Shown one piece after another: positions 1 to 11,800 of a stretch of DNA of 64,000 bases. The notes below the pieces were generated by a model. That model was not told the DNA's origin. It saw only the letters and a list, made by a program, of their open reading frames with translations, and ran no database searches. The position numbers and the translations under genes are program-made. Every line of letters starts with the position of its first letter. Within the stretch, counting starts at the first letter, position 1. Source of the DNA: Selaginella moellendorffii (taxonomy: Eukaryota > Plantae > Lycopodiophyta); the NCBI RefSeq assembly GCF_000143415.4, contig NW_003314372.1:325915-389914 (forward strand), in the 5' to 3' direction.

Positions 1-1881
1 TTTGTTGGGATGGTGGAATTCGCTAAATGGTTGCCCAAGATTGATTAGTGGGATTCTTGGGGTGGGCTCCTATACTATAATACTAGTTTATCAGATTAAT
101 AACTTACTTAGAATACTTTTGTGTTCTAATCTAAGATATATTTTCACTGATAATTAACACTCTAAGATATCATTGTCTATGACTTTGATGTTGTCAATAT
201 ATTATTAATCTTTGAGTTTGGGCTAGTATAGGCAGGCTGGCTTCGGCACTTCGTGTGCATGCTGAAATCTTTAGTCATGGGGTAGCTATTGTCGACTGGT
301 CACATAACCCACCTCTCTCTCGATGTTCCTTATTTTGTTCAAAGGGCGTGACCGTGTAAACAACTCTCACTACTTGTTTACAGTAGTTTATCTAAACTTT
401 ACTGACAGGTTTGGTTTCTTTACTCAGGAGGGTTAGGGCCTTTGGCTTTTCTCTTTATATTCCTGTGGGCAGGGGCATATCACACTTTTGTAGCTGGGTG
501 ACACCCAGAGCAGCAAGGGTGGCTGACTCTGTTGGTCATTTCCTTGTCGGTGACAGCTAGAAGGTGTTTGAGTTGGTAGCACATCCGCGTTAGACAAAGA
601 GGTTGCCCCCTAACTCATTTAAGTTGGTGCATTTCTCACATAGTGTGAATTCCATGAACTTTTCCTGGAGTTGTTTCCTTGGCGGTATTCTAGACTCAAG
701 TATGCATTGACGAGGACGTCGATCTTCCCTAGGGGGGGAGAGTGTCACGAATGTGACTTCTGGTATCGAAAGTTATCTGTCGGCTAGTCCTCACAGACAC
801 TCTTTCCTTACTGCCACGATGGCAGGAGGTCGGTATTGCTGGACCCTTTATTACCTCCTCTTGTTCAAGTGTTAGTAAACTGGACTTTGCATTTGTACTT
901 GGCCGGATGAGCATAAGGAAGGAATTCCTAAGTGTCTATTTAGCTGAGCATACTCGGCCCGGCTTGTTAGTTCTCTTTTGCTCTGTCTTGCACTGGCTTG
1001 ACAAGAACCCTTGCATATTGAGATTGGTCTCTCAATATCGCTGGATGATAGCTTACCATGTCTGCCACACACCCTCGCTATCATGCCCTTTGTGTTGGTC
1101 TCATTTCGGTCCCAAATGTTATTTATGGAAAGTGTCTAGATTTGCTCATTTGGCATATCTACGAAATGTAAAGATCGGTCTGAACACAATGGTGTTCGTC
1201 TTGTATCCAAATTCACAATCTAGCGCCATTCCATATTTAGTAAGTTTCGAGTTTGTCCTAGAGACTAACTCTTGATACTAAGGGAGGCTTGGGGTGAAAG
1301 CCCAAAGCATGTGTTCCTCAAGAGGGAGGGGGGGGGGGGATATGGGGGGTTCCAAATGTATAGTAGGGATAGTGGGTAGGTTGGGCATGGCCGACCAACT
1401 TAAGGCATAATCTAGCTCCCACTTGCGTGCCTGTCCTTGTTCTGCGTTCGGATTGGGTCTAAGCCCAAGTTCCATTCCATGCTAGTTCGTGGAGTACCCA
1501 TATCCTCACGTTATGCCACTAGTATGCCGAAATAGTGCGAGACTCCGTTTGGCTTTGTTTTGCGTGCTGGTCCTGGCATTGGGATAATGGTTGCTCTAAG
1601 ACTGTTCCAAGTCGCTCCAGGCTCCTCTCCCTTCGCTCCTTGGGCTGTATGCTCGAGAGTTGCTCCATGGTCCAGTTCTATCACTCCTTGGCTCTATGCT
1701 TGGGGGTTTGGCACCGTTCCTTCGTTCAGTGGCCCAAGGCCCTGAACCTCGGGTTCTACACCATGTTCCTTTGGACACATGGCATCTATCATGTGGCATA
1801 TGAAGGGTTTAGGTTCCACTATGTGGTGTTATCCTATGGTAAATCACCATAGGATAAAGGGTCAAAACAACGTGCACTACA
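1..1881 (+). mobile_element. 3' end of a family E LTR retroelement: non-coding 3' interior (1-730), PPT (731-742), 3' LTR (743-1881)
   Basis: Purine tract AGGGGGGGAGAG is directly followed by TGTCACG...CACTACA. This 1139-bp segment aligns end to end with the TSD-flanked solo LTR at 33657-34802. It abuts integrase sequence at 1882. Confidence 0.9.
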
Positions 1882-2928
1882 CATTTCTAGGGATGGGTCA
1901 CAGCATAGCTCCTCTTGCACCATAGATACTTTTGGCCTCAAATTCACCAGGATAGTTTGGCCTATGCAAAGGCATGTGAGCAGTGCCAACGGTTCAACCC
2001 CCAGAGCCATGTTCCATGTCTTCCTTTTCAGCTCATCACTTCTCCAGGTCCCTTTTTCTAGTGGGGACATGACTTCGTCGGCTCAATAAACCCACTGAGC
2101 TCAAAAGGACAGCAATTCATCATTGTGGCAACAGACTATTTCACAAAATGGGTTGAGGCCACCCCTCTACAACAGGCAGATCAACAGTCTACAGCAAAGT
2201 TTGTCTACAAGTACATCATTTGCCGATTCGGAGTTCTTGCTGTTTTGGTTTCCGATCGCGGTAGCGGCTTCTTTGGACAGGTGATGCAAGATCTTCTCCA
2301 ACGGCTGCAGGTCAAGCACGTGAAGAGCAGCAGCTATTATCCTGAGTGCAATGGCCAGATGGAGTCCAGCAACAAGATATTGAAGACAGTCATCTCAAAG
2401 CTTGTAGAGGATCACCCAAGGCATTGGCACGAACACTTGGTTACGGCATTGTGGGCCTTTCAGACGTCATTCAAGACATCCATCTTTGCAACTCTATTCT
2501 CCCTTGCCTATGGGACAGAGGCCGTGCTTCCAGTGGAGATCCAAGTGCCATCACTCTCACTTTCACTTCGATACGTAGCAGCGATGCAGCTTAGCGATGA
2601 GGACAAGCTTCATGCACGTGACTTGGAGGTTCTTGCTTTGGAAGAACAGCGACAATCCACATCGGAACTTCTCCTTTGAGGCATGTAGAAGATCAAGTCA
2701 GTCATTGATCACCAGCGGTCTGCTGAACCATTCGAGGACGGCGATCTCATTCTACTCAAGGAGTTTACGCCACCTTCGAAGTTCTCCCCTCGCTGGACTA
2801 GCCCCTACTTTGTCCAGCAACACATTAGAGGTGGAGCATATGTGCTAGTTGATGCTGATGGACGTGAGCTCCCACACGAGCTCCCACACGCTCACAACCA
2901 CTCTTATCTCAAACGCTTCATCTGGTGA
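1882..2928 (+). pseudogene. Degenerate Ty3/Gypsy non-chromovirus (Athila/Tat-like) integrase
   Basis: HF.G..TA...YFWP...CEQCQRF zinc-binding region. The ORF at 2125-2679 reads ATDYFTKWVEA...CRFG...SDRG...YYPECNGQMESSNK (DDE core). Frameshifts and stops are present. The 5' part is cut by element E. Confidence 0.9.
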
Positions 2929-3600
2929 AGTGTTCCTCTTCTCTTCTTTTTGTTTTTCTTTTTCTTTCACTTTTACTTTCATGGCTATTTTTCTTACTTT
3001 CATAGGGTGTTTCTCCATTGGACCATGGCCCATACCTTGGATTTCGCACTCAGGCTGCATTGCCATTTGTATGGAGGTTTTTCTCTTGGCTCGGTCTATG
3101 TTCCAGGTTCTTTTCCCTTCCCTTACCATTACTACACTCCACACATTCCCCTCACTCATTCCATATCATCTACACTTACAGTTCCATCACCAATCACTTC
3201 CAGTAGCATTGCCTGCACTTATCTCTAGATGCCTGTCTTGCATCTTTGATTCTTTCACCATCATTCACATCTCCGCTTGAGGTCACATTTACACCATAGC
3301 ACGGACACACATATATGCACTAGCAGCAAAAGACACCACCTCATTTGGAAGTGCCGTTTCTGAGATATCCTTATAACCATTTGCCAACAACGCGCTAACT
3401 TTTCTGGAGCGACTTTCTTCAAACCAGGTGAACCTGTTCACTCAAGGCACCTAGGTGGATCTTTAGACGAGGCCACAGATGCTGAAGCCACTTTCTTCTG
3501 CTCCAGCACTCAGTGGACACATGCCACCTCTCTTTACTGGCAACTTAGTGACTACGACATCCTTTTCAACTGCTGACCTCTTCAGTCCGACACATCAGAC

Positions 3601-3850
3601 TGGCCACCTTCTCAGAGTGCCACCCCATCTCAGTGCTCCACCATATCACTCCACCATATCAATGCTGGAGTAGGTGTAGGAGTAGGAGCGAGAGCAGGTG
3701 GTTACTGGTTACAGGTTATAGGTCCCCAGTTACCGGCTACCAGTTACTGTCTACACCGAGAGGTTAGCACTTACTCTATGGGCCAACGGTTATCAATGGC
3801 CACCTTTTCAGAGTGCCACCACTATCTCGGTGCTCCACCATATCACTCCA
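3601..3850 (+). repeat. Two ~50-bp direct repeats separated by short GGTTAC-like repeats, in the region 3' of the integrase relic
   Basis: TGGCCACCTT(C/T)TCAGAGTGCCACC...GTGCTCCACCATATCACTCCA at 3601 and 3797. Confidence 0.75.
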
Positions 3851-4301
3851 TCTTTCATCATTTCCACACTTACCATCCTTGGGCAACACATCCCCTCTTC
3901 TATCCCTCTTTCTTTCTCGATTTCGGCCAATCCTTGGAGCATATTGGAAGTCATCAAGAGGCTGCATTTGCATATTACACTTTCTTGAGCCAAAATGCAG
4001 GTACAGGTTAAGTTCTTTGGGTACTCACTCTTTTTCCCTTATTTTTCTCCTTTTTTTTCACACTTTTTTTGCACTTTTTCTTCAACTTCAAGGTCCAGTT
4101 TGACTATAGGGTTTCCCATTAGGTTTTCCTCCCTGTCTCCAAACTTCACACCTATCTCTTTTCTTTCTTTTCCACTTTGTTTTCCAGAGTTTGTACTATT
4201 TCACGCAGACACTAGCACTTGGCATCAGTAGCAGAGGTACACTCTACACTCTTCGGAGGGTTCTCATGCATCTGGAGCTAGTGCGATCCACCATGGTCAC
4301 A

Positions 4302-4485
4302 TGTTAGGGCATGGCCATTGAGAGAGTGAGAGAGAGAGGGAATATTCTAGTCCTTAGAATATTCCCCATCTTCCTTGTATAAAACCCTTGCCTCACAAGG
4401 GTAAAGGGGGGTATTTGCGAAGAGCATTGAAACATTTCTCGTGTTTGAGTGAGCGTTGGGGGAAGCACCCCTCCTTCCCCCAACA
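4302..4485. mobile_element. Family F short LTR-like element, 184 bp
   Basis: Termini TGTTAGGG...CCCCAACA. Aligns over its full length with 22007-22199. No TSD at this copy. Confidence 0.75.
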
Positions 4486-4496
4486 CTATGTCAAAG

Positions 4497-7209
4497 AAAT
4501 AGCCACCTCTGCAAATTTATTCTGGAAACGTTGGTAGTAACTAGCCATACCAAGAAAGCTGCGTAACTCAGCCATTGATTTTGGGGTAGGCTAATTCTCC
4601 ACCGCAGCCACCTTCCTTGGATCTATTTTGACACCCTTAGATATCACAATATGGCCTAGATATTCCACCTCTAACTTTCCAAACTCACATTTGCTCTTCT
4701 TTGCATAAAGTTTGCTGTCACGGAGTAACAAAAGAACCTTGTGCATATGCATCTTATGCTCCTCCATATTTTTGTTGAAAACAAGAATATCGTCTAAGAA
4801 AATCTTCACAAACTTATAAAGATAATGCCTAAATACCTCCGTTATCAACCGAGCAAATGTGGCTAGTACATTCATCAAACGAAATGGCATAACTATAAAC
4901 TCAAAATGTTTGAAGCTTGTGTTGAATGCCGTCTTGGAGATAGATGCATCATCCATTACAATCTGATGATATCTACTCCTCAGATCAATCTTGGTAAACA
5001 CTCGTACTTCACTAAGCTTATCTAAGATATCATTCACATGTGGCGTTAGCATCTTATCCTTCAATATCTTCTTGTTCAAAGCACGGTAGTAAATACATAT
5101 CCGTATTGAACCATCCTTCTTCTTCATAAGCAAGATTGAAGCACCAAATAGAAATTTACTTGGTTGAATAAATCCAAACTCAAATAACTCCTTGACTTGT
5201 CATTGAGCTTCTTGCTCCTCTGCATAACATAATTGAAATGGACGTCGATAAATTGGCTGCATCCCCGACTCCAATGTAATGCCATGCTCCACACCTCGTA
5301 ATGGAGGCAACCTATGAGGAAGTACAGATGGTTAAGTACATTGCATATTATTGCTTCTCCCCCACAAGTGCTTTGGTCCCTCAAGTCACGAACAAATAGT
5401 AAGTAACTTGAAAGTGTTTTTCCATTATGACAAGCCTGCTTTAAAGATGTAGTGGAGAGTATAACAACTAGAGGTTGAACTCCCTCTCCAAACCACATAT
5501 CTTTAACACCACCGTACTCTAGCTAGACATGCTTAATACTCCACTTTATCTCCAAATTCACCTTCACCAACCATGGCACACGATGGATATCTGTGAGATA
5601 AAAAATCTCCATAAGTGTGGTTTTGCCAACTAACACTTCTAGCCCCTTTACACAAGCATCAAAATGCTAAACAAAGGTAGCTGCACTTTCCATTGTGTAT
5701 GGAAGAACTCCTCGTGTGACCAGACCATGCTCCACAACAAACTTTGCCGAAACAAAGTTGTCATGGCTCCCACTATCCAGTAAAATCTGCACTAGACCAC
5801 TATGGAACACACCTTCAAGCATTAAGGCTGATTCACGAGTATCCTTGAGCTCTATCTTATTCCACACACAGTTGAGTTGATGAGCAATGATCAAAAGCTT
5901 CTTCCTCCAACCAGAATGGTCGTCTCTATCATCCTTATGCTACAAAGTTTGCAAATTTTTAGTATCTAACTTACCATCAGTAAATGATTGGCCATTTTTC
6001 TTGCCCTACTACTTGTTCTTCAACTGTGGACAATCAGCCTTGTAGTGTCCAAGCTCACCGCAATGATGACAACCCTGTCTATAATTCTTCACAAAGAAAT
6101 TCTACTTTTTGAACCCCTTTGCATCCGAAGTAGTGACCACCGACTTCAACTTGTGATACTTGTTCCCATCCTTGTGTCCATGGCGATCATCACGACGATT
6201 CTTAACAAAAGGACTCCACAAATGCTTGCAAGACTTGTGCTTATCATTGTCAAGTCGACAAGCCGCATCAAAGAGCTCCTCCAAACTCTTTGTAGGCTGC
6301 GAATGATGCAAGTGTTGCCACATGCTCTCACTATATAGGCCATTAATGAAGTAGGACTTGTTTTGATCTGGATCCTTCGTTAGAACACGACTAATCAAGC
6401 GAGTAAACTTCTCAATATAGTCCCCAAGCGTCATTTTCCCTTGCTGGAAATGTCGAAGTTCTATACGAACATTCTCCACGTCATAATGAGGGGAAAAATG
6501 TAAACGAAAAATAGCCTCAAACTCATCCATGGTAGACACTGGTGGTTTCTTATCCGCAACACAGGACTCCTCAAGCCAATTCCACCATCGAAGACCCGCA
6601 TCACGCAAAACCATCGGAATAGCCACTAAAGCCTCTACATTTGGAGTTCCCCTAGCAGCCAAGAACTTCTTCACATTGGCTAGCCAAGCGAGACACTCGT
6701 CCACACCACCATCACTGGAAAAGGTTGGAATCTTGAGTCGATCTACCAAAGGAGGCTTACTCGGAGTGCTACCCTGTCCAGCCTCGAGGGCCTCAACACG
6801 CCCATGCATGGTATCCATCATGCCATGCATCTCGTCTTGCATCTCTTGCTGATTTCGGTTAAGGCCTCACAGCTTATGAACCACATCTTGAATGGTCCAA
6901 ATCTTTGTAGCTTCGTTGGCACCATCTTCAGCACCACCATCGACAATAGGATTCCAGTGTTCAGCTTGGTTGGCCATCACAACTAATTTCTTTGATACTA
7001 GGATCCGGTGTGAAAAGACAGAGATCTAGTCTTCCTAGACTACGCTACACCTCATCTTGAGGTTCCTCACCACCTAACCACCCCCGAGCTACCTCAAAAG
7101 CTCCATTGTGAGCCTTAGGGTAGGTTAAGTCCCTTACCCTAACATGCCTTAATATACCCTTGAGCCTCCCTTTGACTGATGTTGACCATGTGGTCAAAGC
7201 TGCCACCAT
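4497..7209 (-). mobile_element. Family A copy A1, 3'-truncated (damaged 5' LTR, PBS, gag, protease, RT)
   Basis: LTR-homologous sequence ~7001-7209, gag ORF 6102-6842, protease ILLDSG at 5667-5894, RT ORF 4591-5133 with FLDD. Colinear with 41052-45943. Confidence 0.92.
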
Positions 7210-7675
7210 TGAGCCAATACCATCTTCATCCAGCACTTTGATGATCTCCTGGGTTTGCATCTCCATGTGCATGTTCCACAATGCTAGGTGAACTAGAAAC
7301 ATTCCTCCTTGAGCTAGGGCTAGTCATCCACCACCAAGGATGGAACAAAACCTTTCATTCATCATCCAGAGTTTACTTCCTCATGGACGAGGTTGCTCTA
7401 TAGTGATGCTTGAGATCCTAGGTCTGAGTAGAGGCACTTCATGTTGATGACAATATGCTGATCCAACTTAGCCAGTCCATACCCATCCTCCCTGTTGGAG
7501 CCTTCACCTGGAAAATGGTGATTACCACCCTCTGCACCATCTCCATTTCCTGCTCAGCCACCTTCACCTAGAGGGAGCCACCCAGTTTCAGCAGCTTCAC
7601 AGCCAGGGCTTCCTTGCTGACTGGCTTACCTAGAGTGTCTGCCACTCCTCCGTCCCGAGGATCCTCCTTTTCATA

Positions 7676-7764
7676 GGGAAACATTGACCACTCCTTGCTC
7701 CTTAGGTGAAACACCTACCACTCCTTGTTTCCCAAGTGAAACGTCCACCACTCCTTGCTCCACC
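7676..7764. repeat. 30-bp tandem repeat, about 3 units
   Basis: ACCACTCCTTG....GTGAAAC recurs with period 30. Confidence 0.8.
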
Positions 7765-8389
7765 AGAATTTGTTATGTGTGCCCAACGCTCTCACCTTAT
7801 GCTGCACCACCTTTTTCCCATGCCATTTCTCCTACTAGATCTTTTTGCTGCTCTTCTCTTCCACTATTCTTCTCTGAGTTGAAGGTTTCATGCTTGAGCC
7901 TTGATCACCAGAGTTGAAGGCTCTTTTCATTGTGCTTTGTTTCAATGGAGGGAGTCCCTTGTTTGATCCTCTCACAATTACTCCTGAGGGACAATCTTGC
8001 TATCCTTTCTAGGTCACTCAGGATAACACGAACCATGGGAATATTTTGAAAATAGTCTATAGCTTGTGGAATTTAGGGATGATACAAAGGCTTGCCTAGG
8101 GTTTTCTCTTTGTTCATTTCAATGGTATCAAAGTAACACATTTTTTCAGGATGGAGTGGGATGTTGATCTTGATGAGGAATATAGTGTTAGTGATGATAG
8201 CCATAATGAGGAGGAGAGAGACTCTTGATAATGTCATTGAGAGGCAAGGACACTAGATCATTAGACAATTGAGGTTCAAATCAACACTAAGGAGGTGAAT
8301 GATTTTGTCAATCTTATCAAAGATTTCCTATATCATATGTAAAGTATGAATCAATTTTGTGTTTATGATTACCATTGGTACATCAAGCA

Positions 8390-8842
8390 TGCCGGGATTA
8401 TAGTATTGTGGAATCATTAGGTGTTTATGACAATCAAGAAGTTGATTATTGGTTGGAGTTGTGGGAAAGTTGCTAATCTCATAACCCTTGTGTGGATAAG
8501 CTGAAGATTGACTTTTTTGTGATGAAGCTTTCTAGTGATGCTTCTTTGGAGTGGACGAACTACATCAAAACTAATACAAATCCATCTTATTAAAATGATT
8601 TGACAAAGGTTTTTTATGCTTCATTTATTAAGAAGTTTAATGAAATTGATCTTGCAAACCAACTACTAGAGATCAAGCAAGGGACTTTGTCTTTGGATGC
8701 CAATTTTGTGATATTTGCCTTAGTCTCATGAGCATCTATAATAGGCTATCAAAGGTGTAATGTTTTCTTAAAGGTTTGAGTTTAATGAATATGTAGTAGT
8801 AATTCAAAAAAAAATTCTAATGATGCTGATTGATGCTATCAC
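8390..8842 (+). pseudogene. Old degenerate retrotransposon gag fragment
   Basis: Manual translation gives VDYWLELWE...KLSSDASLEW...ASFIKKFNEIDLANQLLEIKQGTLSL, matching the Retrotrans_gag pattern. Multiple stops and frameshifts. Confidence 0.6.
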
Positions 8843-11800
8843 TGTTATGATCTGGTGCAAAAAGACAAAGATCTAGTCGCCCTAGACTATGCTACGCCAC
8901 CTCTTGAGGTTCCTCACCACCCAACCACCCCCAGGCTACCTCAAAAGTTCCACTGCACCGCCGCTCCACTGTGAGCCCTAGGGTAGGTTAAATCCCTTAC
9001 CCTAACATGCCTTAATATACCCTTGAGCCTCCCTTTGACTGATGTTGACCACATAGTCAAAGCTGGCGCCTAACAATTCTTCCCCCCCAACAAAGTCCTT
9101 ATCCAAAGGACGAGTTGTATCGGTGATCACCCTTTTTGGGGAACCTTGCTCAAGCTTCTGGTCCATCTTCCACAGCCGTATACACCAAGGAGGCATTGGG
9201 CCCATCACTCCGAGATAGTACACCTTTCAACTGGCTGACATAAAATACCAGATGAATTTTCACCCTAGCTGGCAGCCACACCCGATAAACCATTTTACCA
9301 ATGTGCTCCAACACTTCATATGGACTAGCATATCGATAGGAAAGTTTATCACTCTTCCCTTTCCGTAAAGGCACCAAGGTGTTCCGCCACTCACTTGACA
9401 GAAAGATCACTTGCACAAAGACAAGATCACCCACCTTATATTCCCAAAATTGGTGATGCTCATTGGCAAACTTCTCCACTCTATCCTGAGTTGCTTGCAA
9501 ATTCTGTTTGCACACCACTAGAATCTCATCAAGTTCTATGGCTAGATCAGTCGCCTTAGAATCAAGCTTATCTTGAACGTCCTTACTCAAATGCAATCCC
9601 AACTCCACCGCTATTTGAGGATGCCTTCCAAACATGGCAAAATAAAGACTTAGCTTGGTTCCACTGTGTTGGCTATTGTTGTAAGCAAATTGCACCAATG
9701 GAAGATATAAATCCCACTGTCCTTGCCTTTGACCAATGCTACAACGTAGCATATCCTCCACCACCTGATTCACACGCTCGGTTTGCCCATCTGTCTAAGG
9801 ATGATCTCCACTCAAGAGTTTCAAAGTCACTTGCATAGCCTTTGCAAAGCTTTTCCAAAATCCACTGATGAACTTTCAATCTTGATCATTAATGATGTCC
9901 TCCAGCAAACCAAAATCAGGAAAACCCTTCTCCAAGTAAACCACAGCCAAATCTGAGGTAGTGAAAGTCTTCTGAAGAGCCAACAACCGCACATACTTCG
10001 TCAACCGATCCACTATGACCCATACTTGCTCCTTTTGCCTCTGTGTTCATAGCAAACAAGTGATGAAGTCCATAGAGATACTACACCAATGGCTCTGAGG
10101 AATAGGTTAAGGTTGCAAAAGTCCCCCCGGCTTCTCCCGTGGCACCTTAACCCGCTGACAAAGCTCGCATGATTTACAATACTTGAGGATATCAGCCTTC
10201 ATATTCCTCCAATAAAAGTTGCGCTTAATCAACTCATACGTCTTCCTCCCCCCCAAAATGACCGGCCTCAAGACGATCATGATAGTGGAATAAAACTTGA
10301 GTAATTAACGCATCCACCCATGACAAATAGACACGGCCATTGTAATAGAATAGGATAAGGAAAGGGCCCTACAATTAAGTGATCACCCCTTTAGCCAGTT
10401 GGCTTAGGGTGTAAGGGATAGGATCCTAATATTGGTATCAGAGGAGTTGGTTGCGATGGCCGACCAAGCTAAACGCTGAAATCCTATTGTCAATGGTGGT
10501 GCCAACGATGGTGCCGACGAAGCTGCAGAGATTTGGACCATTCAAGATGTGGTTCATGAGCTGTGAGGCCTTAACCAAAATCAGCAAGAGATGCAAGATG
10601 AGATGCATGGCATGATGGATACCATGCATAGGCGTGTTGAGGCCCTCGAGGCTGGACGGGGTAGCGCTCCGAGTAAGCCTCCTTTGGTAGATCGACTCAA
10701 GATTCCAACCTTTTCTAGTGATGGTGGTGTGGATGAGTGTCTCGCTTGGCTAGCCAATGTGAAGAAGTTCTTGGCTGCTAGGGGAACTCCAGATGTAGAG
10801 GCTTTAGTGGCTATTCTGATGGTTTTGCGTGATGTGGGTCTTCGATAGTGGAATTGGCTTGAGGAGTCCTGTGTTGCGGATAAGAAACCACTAGTGTCTA
10901 CCATGGATGAGTTTGAGGCTGCTTTTTGTTTACAATTTTCCCCTCATTACGATGTAGAAAATGCTCGTACAGAACTTTGACACTTCCAGCAAGGGAAAAT
11001 GATGCTTGGGGACTATATTGAGAAGCTTACTCGCTTGATTAGTCATGTTCCAACGAAGGATCTAGATCAAAACAAGTCCTACTTCATTGATGGCCTACAT
11101 AGTGAGAGCATGTAGCAACACTTGCGTCATTCTCAGCCTACAAAGAGTTTGGAGGAGCTCTTTGATGTGGCTTGTTGACTTGACAATGATAAGCACAAGT
11201 CTCGCAAGCATTCGCGGAGTCCTTCTGTCGAGAATCGTCGTAATGATTGCCGTGGACACAAGGATGGGAACAAGCATCACAAGTTGAAGTCGGTGGTCAC
11301 TACTTTGGATGCAAAGGGGTTCAAGAAGCAGAATTTCTTTGTGAAGAATTATAGACAGGGTTGTCATCATTGCGGCGAACTTGGACACTACAAGGCTGAT
11401 TGTCCGCAGTTGAAGAACAAACAGCAGAACAAGAAGAATGGCCAATCTTCTTCTCATGGTAAGTCAGATACTAAAAAGTTGCAAACTATACAGTGTGAGC
11501 ATGACGAGAACAACCATTCCAGTCAGAGAAAAAGACTTTCGATCGTTGCTCATCAACTCAACTGTGTGTGGAACAAGATGGAGCTCGAGGATACACATGA
11601 ATCAGCTTTAATGCTGGAGGATGTGTTCTGTGGTGATCCAGTGCGGATTTTATTGGATAGTGGGAGCGATGATAACTTTGTTTGTTGTGGATCATGGCCT
11701 GGTCACATGCAGAGTTCTTCCATACATAGTGGAAGGTGCAGCTACCTCTGCTCAGCATTTCGATGCTTGTGTCGAGGGGCTGGAAGTGTTAGTTGGCAAA

